From: Bacteroidales bacterium
GTDB lineage: Bacteria; Bacteroidota; Bacteroidia; Bacteroidales; ML635J-15
Direction: 5' to 3'
NCBI GenBank assembly: GCA_027858835.1
Contig: JAQIBY010000102.1
Location: forward strand, 65,918-129,917
Length of the DNA: 64,000 bases
Part shown: piece by piece, positions 48,155 to 57,584 of the stretch
How the letters are laid out: each line of letters opens with the position of its first letter
Position numbering within the stretch: position 1 is the stretch's first letter
Made by a program: the position numbers and the translations under genes
The notes under the pieces: generated by a model
Database searches by the model: none
Told to the model about the DNA's origin: nothing
Seen by the model: the letters and a program-made list of their open reading frames with translations, nothing else

Positions 48155-51100
48155 TTATTTCACAAGAACCATTTTTTCAAATTTATTTACAACATCTCCA
48201 TTTGGAGTGCGCACCTGAACGTGGTAAATATAGATACCTTGTTCAACTTTTCCACCACCTCCATTATCGCTGTACCAGCAGATATCATCAACGGTGTAGC
48301 CGGTTGCATAAACATTTTCCTGAATGATTTTCAATAACTGTCCATTCATGTTGAAAATTTTAATTTCAACCTCCATTTCTTCATTCGGATGGTTGTGAGT
48401 AAATGTAAAACAGGTGTAATCAGAGAATGGATTTGGATAATTCATCACTTGCTCGATGACTAATTCGGATGAATTTGCCACCAAAAAGCGAATTTCAGCC
48501 TCACTGGAATTATTAAACACATCCCAAACTTTAAAATTCAAACTGTGCATTCCGGTTTCCAGACTAAAAAATGGATAACGAACACTCCCAGATTGATAAG
48601 AATCTAAATCCGCCTCATAAAAATCGTTTAAGACAATGGAGTTTAATGAATTGTCATCTAAAATAGCAGTAATATCATGTCCAATACCATTACCGACAGT
48701 ATTAATTCCTGATTCATCAAAAACATAAGCTAACATAATTGGATTTTCATCAGTAATACCACCGTCAATAAAATCACTGTTATTCATATACAACTCGATT
48801 TCCGGTCCGAGATTATCCGAAATATCAAAGTCCGAACTTCCGCCGATTTGAAAATCATTATAATAACCGTGCGCATCTTTTGTGTCAGATTTTGCATAAT
48901 ATGAAATCTTTCCATTTCCATAAAAATAAGCAATATCAACCGGCACAATAAATTCAAAGCTAAAATAACCATTAGTTACACTTGCCTGCCCTGAATACAA
49001 AACATTTTTTTGTTCAAGAAAATCCATTGGAGGGTTTTCATCATTTCCAAGGGTGGAATACTCCATTACTTTATCATAAACCGTCGGATAAATTACACCA
49101 TTAAAATCGGATTTAATATTACCGGAACGATCTTCAATGTGTCCTTCAACCCGTACGAGACTTGCAGCACTAAGTGTGTCCTGATAAACTTCAACTGAAT
49201 TTCCATTCATTGTATCAGTTTCCACAATGTATTCAGGAATTGCTAATCGGAGTGCAGGGTCTCCCAACAATGAAAAGTTCCGTTTATTATTATCGTTTGA
49301 AGCGATATTTTTTGTATGCATAATAATTTCACCAAGAGAATAAGGTTTATTATTCTCATCGGTTTTAAAAACCTGTCGGTAAAACTCCTTATTAATCTTA
49401 TCATTGTTTCCTGAATAAACCAAACGTGTTGTTGTCAGTAAACCTATTCCACCACCATCCGGGTTAAGTAGAATTAATTCCCCTGCTGAGGTTAATTCAT
49501 AATCATCATAAGGAGCGAATTCACAAGTAGCTGTAACAAACAAAGGCAACTTGTTTCCATTCGACCAACTGTTTATTTGACTTAAAGTAACGACGGCTTC
49601 ATGCGCCAGCGTTTTCTCATTTCCGTGACCGGAATAATTCATAATCAAGGCACCATGATTAATGCGTTCATCAATTTCCTGATTCACTTCCGGATATCGA
49701 TCTCCTTGCACTGTTGATACTTGCTCATATGCATCCAGCAATATTTTATCGACATTAAACTCAGGGTGGTACACCATAACCGTATCTCCCATTTCATTTG
49801 CTTGCATCTCATGCGCCATATAATCCTCGGCATCATCTCCAAGAAAACACATTACATTACGCCAATTTCCAAAACTATCGGGACTGATGTAAGCAAAGAT
49901 TTTATTCAGTACAGCATCTGCTTCGGTTTGGGTACGAACCGGCAATCTGCCAACGCCCATATCAAGTCCTTCTGTTCCGCCAACACTACCTTCGTCATAA
50001 TCCAAAAGCACAAAGAAGTCATCACTAACAAAAGAAGAAGATGGGCTCAAGGAATTTACCGATTGATATGTAGGAACAAAATTTCCATTTTCACCCAAAG
50101 GGACACGATTATCATAACTACCATCACCAAACATCAATAAATATTTTGGTATTTGGCTTTCTGACTCAGCACGGTCGTAAAACATTTTTACGAAATCACG
50201 AATTGCAGCCACGTCAGGTGTTCCTGATGAAAATTCATTATAAATAACATCCGGTGTTACCACATGATAAGACAATCCGCTATATGATTCATGCATTGCT
50301 CCTAATTGTTGGGCATAAGGCACAAAATCAGGGTAGGAAACAATCAGATAATCAGCTTGCGACAAAGCATGCAAATTTTGATTTTCAACAAAACCAAGTG
50401 TTGATGAACCCTCGAACTGAGGAGAAGAAAATGTTCCTGTTGTATTAAATGCCACAAACTCGCGTAGTTGATCAGTTTCAGCAGAAAATTTTAAATTCGC
50501 ACCATCCAGTTCGTCGGGATTAATTCCAATGGCATTAACAGGGTCTGTAATATCCAGAATTTTTGTTGATGAATTTGCACCTCCCATAATATATTGTGTC
50601 ACATTGTCCGGGGCGATACCCTGCGCATCACGAAAAAGCAACTCGCTACCCTGCATTTGAAGATTAGCTCGCGCATTAATTGTGATGTAATCAAGCCAGG
50701 CTTCTGATGATGATGTACTTGGCAAATACTCAATATTTAAACTATTGAAAGCATTCAAACCTGCATTCATTTGATACTCAATGGTTTTTGCAACCGGAGC
50801 CGAATAGGAGCCGCTCACAGAAGAAATATACTGCGAGTAAGAAACATCACCATTCAAATTTATTTTAAACCGGCTTTCAACACTGGATGCTGCAGCAAAA
50901 CGCAGTTCAAGGCTTGCGTTTTCACTTGACACAGGCGAAGGAACATTGAAATCAAAATTATAAGACAAATAATAGCTGAATTTTCTCCAGTACAAATTTC
51001 GACCAGATCCCATAATATTAATGCTATCTTTTTCCATGGCAGCATAATAATCGTAGGTGGAGGTCACGTAATTTGCATTATCAGCACCATCAACAAACTG

Positions 51101-51958
51101 TATGCGCTTTTTCTCGGAATTATCCGAAAGGAAATAATAGGCATAAGTAGAATAATTATGAATTTCATGTTCATAACGACTGCCGGTGTACATAAACTCA
51201 TTTGGTCCTTCTAAAAACACTAACAAATAATCGCCGGCATCAAAGCTCCCATTTCCGTTATTATCTTTATGATAAACAGGGCGTTCCGGCAAGTCATCAT
51301 AACGAGATTCAGCATTTTGTTTCGGCACCATAAAACCATAACCAAAAACGCCAATTTCTGAAGGGTTATCAAAACCTAAATTTACGACATCTTGATAAGA
51401 TATCGAATAGACACCACTTTTAGAAACACGAAATTTATACCAATCTCCTTCACTTAGTTTTGAACTTTCAGCATTAGTACGACTGGTTTTTAATTTGGGT
51501 GCATCTGCGATATTTAACTTAATTTCAAATTCGACTAAACGCTCAAATCCACCTGTTTCATTTTTTCTGACGGGAATGACATCAAGATATGCATACTGCT
51601 TTTTCCGAATGCTTGTTAATGAATGTGTCAGCTCAAAATCATCCGTAAGATTATTAAGTGAATCGATATTTATTCCTTTTAAACTTTCTGTGGAGATTAT
51701 TTCTGTTCGCAAAGGAATAATTTCTGCATCTAAAATTTGTTTTTCATGCATTGGGACTTTCTCAAGATAATGAGGGATCACTAAATTTTCACCATAAATT
51801 GCTCCCTCGAAAGAAAATCGTTCAATTTTATTTAAACTATCTAAAGAAATAATTTCATTTTTTTTCCACTCAATTTGATGTGGAAAATCTCTCGTTTGAG
51901 ACAAGCCTACACCAGTTATAATAACGAAAAGGAAAGCAATTAGAAAGTGTTTATGCAT
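48155..51958 (-). CDS. porU: type IX secretion system sortase PorU (C25 gingipain-like peptidase)
   Basis: 1267 aa, signal peptide, clan-CD-like His and Cys contexts (NYSGHGNEKTLAHE; FVTATCEFAPYDD). C-terminal T9SS type A-like sorting domain (NYPNPFSDYTCFTF...). Conserved porU-porV gene order. Confidence 0.85.
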   Translation of the reverse strand: MHKHFLIAFLFVIITGVGLSQTRDFPHQIEWKKNEIISLDSLNKIERFSFEGAIYGENLVIPHYLEKVPMHEKQILDAEIIPLRTEIISTESLKGINIDSLNNLTDDFELTHSLTSIRKKQYAYLDVIPVRKNETGGFERLVEFEIKLNIADAPKLKTSRTNAESSKLSEGDWYKFRVSKSGVYSISYQDVVNLGFDNPSEIGVFGYGFMVPKQNAESRYDDLPERPVYHKDNNGNGSFDAGDYLLVFLEGPNEFMYTGSRYEHEIHNYSTYAYYFLSDNSEKKRIQFVDGADNANYVTSTYDYYAAMEKDSINIMGSGRNLYWRKFSYYLSYNFDFNVPSPVSSENASLELRFAAASSVESRFKINLNGDVSYSQYISSVSGSYSAPVAKTIEYQMNAGLNAFNSLNIEYLPSTSSSEAWLDYITINARANLQMQGSELLFRDAQGIAPDNVTQYIMGGANSSTKILDITDPVNAIGINPDELDGANLKFSAETDQLREFVAFNTTGTFSSPQFEGSSTLGFVENQNLHALSQADYLIVSYPDFVPYAQQLGAMHESYSGLSYHVVTPDVIYNEFSSGTPDVAAIRDFVKMFYDRAESESQIPKYLLMFGDGSYDNRVPLGENGNFVPTYQSVNSLSPSSSFVSDDFFVLLDYDEGSVGGTEGLDMGVGRLPVRTQTEADAVLNKIFAYISPDSFGNWRNVMCFLGDDAEDYMAHEMQANEMGDTVMVYHPEFNVDKILLDAYEQVSTVQGDRYPEVNQEIDERINHGALIMNYSGHGNEKTLAHEAVVTLSQINSWSNGNKLPLFVTATCEFAPYDDYELTSAGELILLNPDGGGIGLLTTTRLVYSGNNDKINKEFYRQVFKTDENNKPYSLGEIIMHTKNIASNDNNKRNFSLLGDPALRLAIPEYIVETDTMNGNSVEVYQDTLSAASLVRVEGHIEDRSGNIKSDFNGVIYPTVYDKVMEYSTLGNDENPPMDFLEQKNVLYSGQASVTNGYFSFEFIVPVDIAYFYGNGKISYYAKSDTKDAHGYYNDFQIGGSSDFDISDNLGPEIELYMNNSDFIDGGITDENPIMLAYVFDESGINTVGNGIGHDITAILDDNSLNSIVLNDFYEADLDSYQSGSVRYPFFSLETGMHSLNFKVWDVFNNSSEAEIRFLVANSSELVIEQVMNYPNPFSDYTCFTFTHNHPNEEMEVEIKIFNMNGQLLKIIQENVYATGYTVDDICWYSDNGGGGKVEQGIYIYHVQVRTPNGDVVNKFEKMVLVK

Positions 51959-52107
51959 AATATATTTTATTTTTCTGCGTTCAAAGATTATAAACTTATT
52001 TGTATTTTTCTTTTAAAAACGCCAAAAATATAGTATTATTGTCATCAGTATTTTATTTTGCGACAAAAAATTTGTATAATTGCACATTGTGGAACAATAG
52101 CAACGAC

Positions 52108-53094
52108 ATGATTAGACGTATTTCATTCATAGTAGTAGTCTTTCTGGTTGGACTGAGCAGCATGACCAAGGCACAGGATGCGCATTTTTCGCAGTTCTAT
52201 GCAAATCCTCTTTATCTGAATCCAGCCTTTGCTGGCTCAGACAAATGTCCGCGGATTAACATGAGTTACCGCAATCAATGGCCCGCATTAGGTCAAACTT
52301 ATGTGACCTATTCTTTATCGTATGACCAACACGTTCGCGCTCTGCAAGGTGGTGCCGGATTATTGTTGATGAATGACGTTCAAGGTGATGGGACAATCAT
52401 ATCAACAACGCTTGGTGGCATGTACTCATATACATTGCCAATTACAAGGCGGTTTGCTATTACTGCCGGTTTTCAAGCTGCATACATTATGAAAACTGTG
52501 CAATGGGAATTCATTTTCCCCGATATGATTCATCCACTTTATGGTCCAATTTATGCGACACAGGAAGACCCTAGCATTGTTGATGATCAAAAAAATTATT
52601 TTGACTTTTCAACTGGAGTTATAGGATTTAGTGAAAAAACATTTTTTGGAGTCGCCGTACACCACTTAACTGAACCTTCAGAATCATTCTTAAGAGGTAG
52701 TGATGCTGTTTTACCAAGAAAATTCACTGTTCACTTTGGAACTGAAATTGGGATAAATTCCCCACAATTCCGTCGTGGCGAATTATCACTTGCTCCACAA
52801 ATACTATTTCACCAACAAGGTGATTTCCAGCAGTTTAACTGGGGGTTATATGTCAATCGAAAGGCAATTGTTGCAGGTTTTTGGTTAAGACAAAACTTCA
52901 ATTTCCATTACGACTCATTTGTAATGTTGGTAGGATTCAGACAGGATAATATTAAATTTGGATATTCTTATGATTTGACGGTATCCAAATTAAGGAACTC
53001 AACCCTTGGTGCACACGAAGTCACATTTGGGTTTACATTTGGTTGTCGTCCGGCAAGAACATCATTCAGAACAATAAGTTGTCCATCATTTTAG
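52108..53094 (+). CDS. PorP/SprF-family type IX secretion system membrane protein
   Basis: Family N-terminal pattern (AQDAHFSQFYANPLYLNPAFAG ... SYRNQWPALG ... GGAGLLLMNDVQGDG). The start is taken at ATG 52108 (MIRRISF, signal peptide) rather than the longer track ORF. Confidence 0.85.
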   Translation: MIRRISFIVVVFLVGLSSMTKAQDAHFSQFYANPLYLNPAFAGSDKCPRINMSYRNQWPALGQTYVTYSLSYDQHVRALQGGAGLLLMNDVQGDGTIISTTLGGMYSYTLPITRRFAITAGFQAAYIMKTVQWEFIFPDMIHPLYGPIYATQEDPSIVDDQKNYFDFSTGVIGFSEKTFFGVAVHHLTEPSESFLRGSDAVLPRKFTVHFGTEIGINSPQFRRGELSLAPQILFHQQGDFQQFNWGLYVNRKAIVAGFWLRQNFNFHYDSFVMLVGFRQDNIKFGYSYDLTVSKLRNSTLGAHEVTFGFTFGCRPARTSFRTISCPSF

Positions 53095-53122
53095 TTATTG
53101 ATAATAAATAATGTATTTAGAT

Positions 53123-54820
53123 ATGAAAAATAAATTCCATCTTTTCTGGCTTGTAGTTTTCGGTGCAATGATTTTTGCATCTTGCCAGCGTGAAGCGTCC
53201 AACACAACAGGATGGTACTACAACGATCCTCGTTTTGGTGGATTCCAAAACCATCCAGGATACGAACAAGAAACCGGTCCCGGACTTATTTTTGTTGAAG
53301 GTGGTACCTTTGCGATGGGTCGTACTGAACAAGATGTGATGTTTCAATGGAACAATTCACCTCGTAGAGTAACTGTTTCTTCATTCTATATGGATGAAAC
53401 AGAAATCCGCAATATTGATTACCGCGAATATTTATATTGGTTGCGTAAAGTGTATGCAACAGATTTCCGGTATATCTATCGCAGCGCACTCCCCGACACA
53501 CTCATTTGGAGAGAAAGGCTTGCATTTAATGAACCGATGGTAGAGCTCTATTTAAGACACCCGGCATATGAAGAATATCCGGTAGTTGGTGTTAGTTGGG
53601 TTCAAGCTCGTGATTATTCTTCATGGCGTACTGACAGGGTAAATGAATTTATTCTTATCCGTGAAGGCATTTTAGATCCTTACGCTGCCCCACAAGATCA
53701 GGCGAAACATTTTAATTTGGACTCTTACCTGACTTATGCAGACAATTTGGATTTACACATTGATGAAACAGGAAGAGGTCCCGATGGAAAAGTTGAAAAC
53801 CTTTATGTTGACCCCTCTACTTTAAAAGAAGGACGGAGAGGCCAAAGTGCATATGAAGAAAACCGCCGTTGGGTATCATTAGAGGATGGAATATTCTTAC
53901 CACGTTACAGACTTCCAACAGAAGCTGAGTGGGAATACGCAGCACTTGCATACATTGGAAATCACTACAAAGAAAGAATTTACGAACGTCGCCTATACCC
54001 ATGGAATGGTCACTACATTCGTAACGACAGCAGAACTGATGACCGTGGACAAATAATGGCAAACGTCATGAGAGGACGTGGTGATAATATGGGAGTTGCA
54101 GGCGCATTAAATGATGGAGCAGATATTCCGGCACCGGTACGTTCATACTGGCCAAATGACTTTGGACTCTATTGTATGGCGGGTAATGTTAATGAGTGGG
54201 TAATGGATGTTTACAGAGATGTTACATTCGAAGACATGGCAGAATTTCGTCCCTTCAGAGGAAATGTATATACCGAAAAACAAATTGTTAGAGATCCTAA
54301 CGATGGTATGGTTGAATTAACTGCCGAAGCTGAAGATTATTTTGATATCACAGGTAAAATTTTAACAAAACCTGTGGATGAAGAACATTGCTTCAACCGA
54401 GATAATTACACACGTGCTGACAACAGAAATTACCTTGATGGTGATTTGAACTCATTGATTCCTGAAGGTGGTACCGGATGGTGGAATGATGGTGCAAGAC
54501 TTAATCAGTTTACTGATGTAAATGAAGATTCAATTCCAAAATTAAATACGACGGGAAAAATGTACAACGAAGGAAACTGGGATGGTACAGACTGGGGAAA
54601 AGGTCGCTTTGACTCGAATAACCCAAAAACCGGAAAAGGAACAGGAATGACTTCACTAGTAACAAACCGCTCACGTGTTTATAAAGGTGGTGGTTGGAAT
54701 GACCGTGCTTTCTGGATGACTCCAGGATCAAGAAGATATCTTGATGAGAAAAAAGGACAAGCAAATCTTGGATTCCGTTGTGCAATGATCAGAGTCGGTT
54801 CACAAACTTTACCTGAATAA
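53123..54820 (+). CDS. gldJ: gliding motility / T9SS-associated lipoprotein GldJ
   Basis: Lipoprotein signal (IFASCQ), GldJ N-terminus (TTGWYYNDPRFGGFQNHPGYEQETGPGLIFVEGGTFAMGR), FGE/SUMF1-like domain (YPVVGVSWVQA ... YRLPTEAEWEYAA ... GFRC). Confidence 0.88.
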   Translation: MKNKFHLFWLVVFGAMIFASCQREASNTTGWYYNDPRFGGFQNHPGYEQETGPGLIFVEGGTFAMGRTEQDVMFQWNNSPRRVTVSSFYMDETEIRNIDYREYLYWLRKVYATDFRYIYRSALPDTLIWRERLAFNEPMVELYLRHPAYEEYPVVGVSWVQARDYSSWRTDRVNEFILIREGILDPYAAPQDQAKHFNLDSYLTYADNLDLHIDETGRGPDGKVENLYVDPSTLKEGRRGQSAYEENRRWVSLEDGIFLPRYRLPTEAEWEYAALAYIGNHYKERIYERRLYPWNGHYIRNDSRTDDRGQIMANVMRGRGDNMGVAGALNDGADIPAPVRSYWPNDFGLYCMAGNVNEWVMDVYRDVTFEDMAEFRPFRGNVYTEKQIVRDPNDGMVELTAEAEDYFDITGKILTKPVDEEHCFNRDNYTRADNRNYLDGDLNSLIPEGGTGWWNDGARLNQFTDVNEDSIPKLNTTGKMYNEGNWDGTDWGKGRFDSNNPKTGKGTGMTSLVTNRSRVYKGGGWNDRAFWMTPGSRRYLDEKKGQANLGFRCAMIRVGSQTLPE

Positions 54821-54837
54821 AAAAATTGATATTAATT

Positions 54838-54868
54838 AAAACCCCATATTTTTGTATGGGGTTTTTTT
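54838..54868 (+). terminator. intrinsic terminator after gldJ
   Basis: Stem ACCCCATA/TATGGGGT (54841-54848/54855-54862) followed by T7. Confidence 0.8.
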
Positions 54869-54878
54869 ATGATGTATT

Positions 54879-56165
54879 ATGGATATTCAATCTATTTACC
54901 AAAAATTTCTGCAATGCAAAGGAGTATCTACCGACACCCGAAGCATTCAAAAAGACAATTTATTTATTGCCTTAAAAGGCGGAAATTTTAATGGGAATCG
55001 CTTTGCAAAATCAGCATTAACTCAAGGTGCTAAATTTGCAATTATTGATGATGCAAATTATGAAATTCCTGGTAAAACTATTCTATGCGATGATAGCCTG
55101 ACATGCTTACAAGCTTTAGCAAGAACGCATAGACGTGAAATGGATGCAACAATTCTGGCAATAACCGGCACCAACGGAAAAACAACCAGCAAAGAACTTG
55201 CATTTGCTGTCATGAACAGTCATTTCAATTGCATCGCAACAGAAGGAAACCTGAACAATCACATTGGAGTTCCGTTAAGCTTGCTTCGCATTAAAAAAGA
55301 AACCGAATTTGCAATTATCGAAATGGGAGCAAATCATCCGGGAGAGATAAAAATCCTGAGCGAAATTGCAGAACCTGATTTTGGCGTTATAACAAATGTC
55401 GGACAAGCACATATTGAAGGCTTTGGATCCTTTGAGGGAGTAAAAAAAACAAAAGCAGAACTATACGATTTTCTCAGAGCAAATAATGGAATTACATTTT
55501 TAAACATTGGCAATCATCATTTACTAAACATGCTCGGCAGTCAAGAAATTGTCAGTTATGCACTAAATCAGCCAGCCTATTGTACTGCAGATTTTTTTAA
55601 ATCCAATCATAAAATTGGATTGGTCTGGAAATCTGATTTACAATCAGGCAAATTCACATCAAACTTACAAGGAGCCTACAATGCAGAAAACTTGCTGCTT
55701 GCCACATGTATCGGGAACTATTTTAGTGTCCCGTCTGAAAAAATTGATTCCACAATTGAGGAATATACCTCAACAAACCAACGATCAGAAATAAAAAAAA
55801 CCAATAGAAATACGCTCTTTTTAGATTTGTACAATGCCAACCCAAGCAGTGTGGAACTGGCAGTGAAGGATTTTCATAACACCGAAGATGAACAAATTGT
55901 AATTTTGGGCGACATGAAAGAGCTGGGATCAATTTCTAAGGAAGCCCATTTGAAGATTTTACACTTATTGCAAGATTTAAGATTTCATCGTGTTTTACTC
56001 GCAGGCGAAGCATTTTATCAATACAAAACGGAATTTAATTTTGAATTTTTCCCGGATACCAGTGCATTAGTACAATCGCTGGAGAATAACAAAATACAGG
56101 ATAAATGGATAATCATTAAGGGCTCACGCTCAATGGCTTTAGAACGTGTCATCCCATTTTTATAA
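54879..56165 (+). CDS. murF: UDP-N-acetylmuramoyl-tripeptide--D-alanyl-D-alanine ligase
   Basis: Mur ligase motifs (VSTDTRSI, ITGTNGKTTSKE, GANHPGEI, LDLYNANPSS). Confidence 0.9.
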   Translation: MDIQSIYQKFLQCKGVSTDTRSIQKDNLFIALKGGNFNGNRFAKSALTQGAKFAIIDDANYEIPGKTILCDDSLTCLQALARTHRREMDATILAITGTNGKTTSKELAFAVMNSHFNCIATEGNLNNHIGVPLSLLRIKKETEFAIIEMGANHPGEIKILSEIAEPDFGVITNVGQAHIEGFGSFEGVKKTKAELYDFLRANNGITFLNIGNHHLLNMLGSQEIVSYALNQPAYCTADFFKSNHKIGLVWKSDLQSGKFTSNLQGAYNAENLLLATCIGNYFSVPSEKIDSTIEEYTSTNQRSEIKKTNRNTLFLDLYNANPSSVELAVKDFHNTEDEQIVILGDMKELGSISKEAHLKILHLLQDLRFHRVLLAGEAFYQYKTEFNFEFFPDTSALVQSLENNKIQDKWIIIKGSRSMALERVIPFL

Positions 56166-56189
56166 AATTTCACAAACAAAATTCTATGT

Positions 56190-57542
56190 CTATGTAAAAA
56201 AGCTTTCCACTTTTTGCAATGCAGAAGGTAATGAAAAGACAACAACTTTATCGCCAACTTTTATTTGAGTATCCCCCTTGGCAATAAAACTCTTATTTCC
56301 ACGGATAATGCCTCCTATAATCGCTTCTTCAGGGAAATTGATATTTCGTAAAACATCTTTGGAAATTTTTGCGTTTTCATTGACAACAAACTCAAGTAGT
56401 TCAGCATCAGTCCCGGTTAAACATTTAATTGCAGCGACCTCAGCATTCATGGTGAAAGTATAAATATGCGATGCAGCACTGAGTTTTTTATTGATTATAG
56501 ACTCAATCCCCATTTTAGTAGCAATATCGAAATAATCAAAATTCTCAATCTCGGCAATTGTCCGCTTTACGCCAAACTTTTTCGCTAAAGCACAGGCTAA
56601 AATATTGGTTTCAGAATCTCCGGTGACAGCTATAAACGCATCCATTTCCTGAATGTCTTCCTCAACTAACATGTCGAGGTTTCGTCCGTCTCCGTGTAAA
56701 ACTAAACAGCGGTCAAGGTTTTCTGCAAGTTCGAGGGCTTTCTTTTCATCAAATTCGAGCAATTTGACTCTGCAATCTGTTGACAATTCCTTGGCCACCT
56801 TCTGACCAATTCTTGAGCCGCCGATAATCATGACATGCTCAACTTTCTCTCTTTCTTTCCCTGAATTTTTCAATAAACTGTCAATTCCCTCAGGACTAGT
56901 AATAACATACACATTATCTCCGCTCCTCAGAATGTCGTCACCTCCGGGAATAATTGTTTTATTATCCCGTTCAATCGCAACTGCTCGATAATCAATCCGT
57001 TTACTAAATGCAGATGCCTCTTTCAAACTCATATTTACAATGGGAGCATCTTTATCGAGGGTAACAACAAAAAGTTTTAACCGACCACCTGAGAATTCAA
57101 AAATTTGATTGGTTCCGGTCTGCCGGATTAAACTGATGATCTCTTGTGCTGCAATTTTCTCCGGGTAAATCATCCGATCAACACCCATATTAATAAAGTG
57201 CATTCTTCGCAGCGGATGAATATATTCAAGATTATCAATCCGGGCAATGGTTTTTTTCGCACCTAGGCGCTTCGCTAAAACCGCACTAATTAAGTTCACT
57301 TCTTCAGAATGTGTTACTGCAATAAAGAGGTCAACTCCTTTGGTTTTCGCTTCCTCTAAAGTTTCAAAAGAAGAGCCGGAACCCAAAACCGTCATCAAAT
57401 CATATTGTGAACCAATTGCTGCCAACCTCTCATTATCAGTATCAATCACGGTAATATTATGATTTTCCTTACTCAGCATTTTTGCTAAATATTTCCCAAC
57501 TTCACCGGCACCGGCAATGATAATTCGCTTTTTCGTTCCCAT
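56190..57542 (-). CDS. trkA: Trk potassium uptake system protein TrkA
   Basis: Two tandem RCK/NAD-binding units (IIIAGAGEVGKYLA and VMIIGGSRIGQKVA), 450 aa. Confidence 0.92.
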   Translation of the reverse strand: MGTKKRIIIAGAGEVGKYLAKMLSKENHNITVIDTDNERLAAIGSQYDLMTVLGSGSSFETLEEAKTKGVDLFIAVTHSEEVNLISAVLAKRLGAKKTIARIDNLEYIHPLRRMHFINMGVDRMIYPEKIAAQEIISLIRQTGTNQIFEFSGGRLKLFVVTLDKDAPIVNMSLKEASAFSKRIDYRAVAIERDNKTIIPGGDDILRSGDNVYVITSPEGIDSLLKNSGKEREKVEHVMIIGGSRIGQKVAKELSTDCRVKLLEFDEKKALELAENLDRCLVLHGDGRNLDMLVEEDIQEMDAFIAVTGDSETNILACALAKKFGVKRTIAEIENFDYFDIATKMGIESIINKKLSAASHIYTFTMNAEVAAIKCLTGTDAELLEFVVNENAKISKDVLRNINFPEEAIIGGIIRGNKSFIAKGDTQIKVGDKVVVFSLPSALQKVESFFT

Positions 57543-57584
57543 AATTTCATCATCTATAATCGTGACAAATGTAAAAAAACTTTA

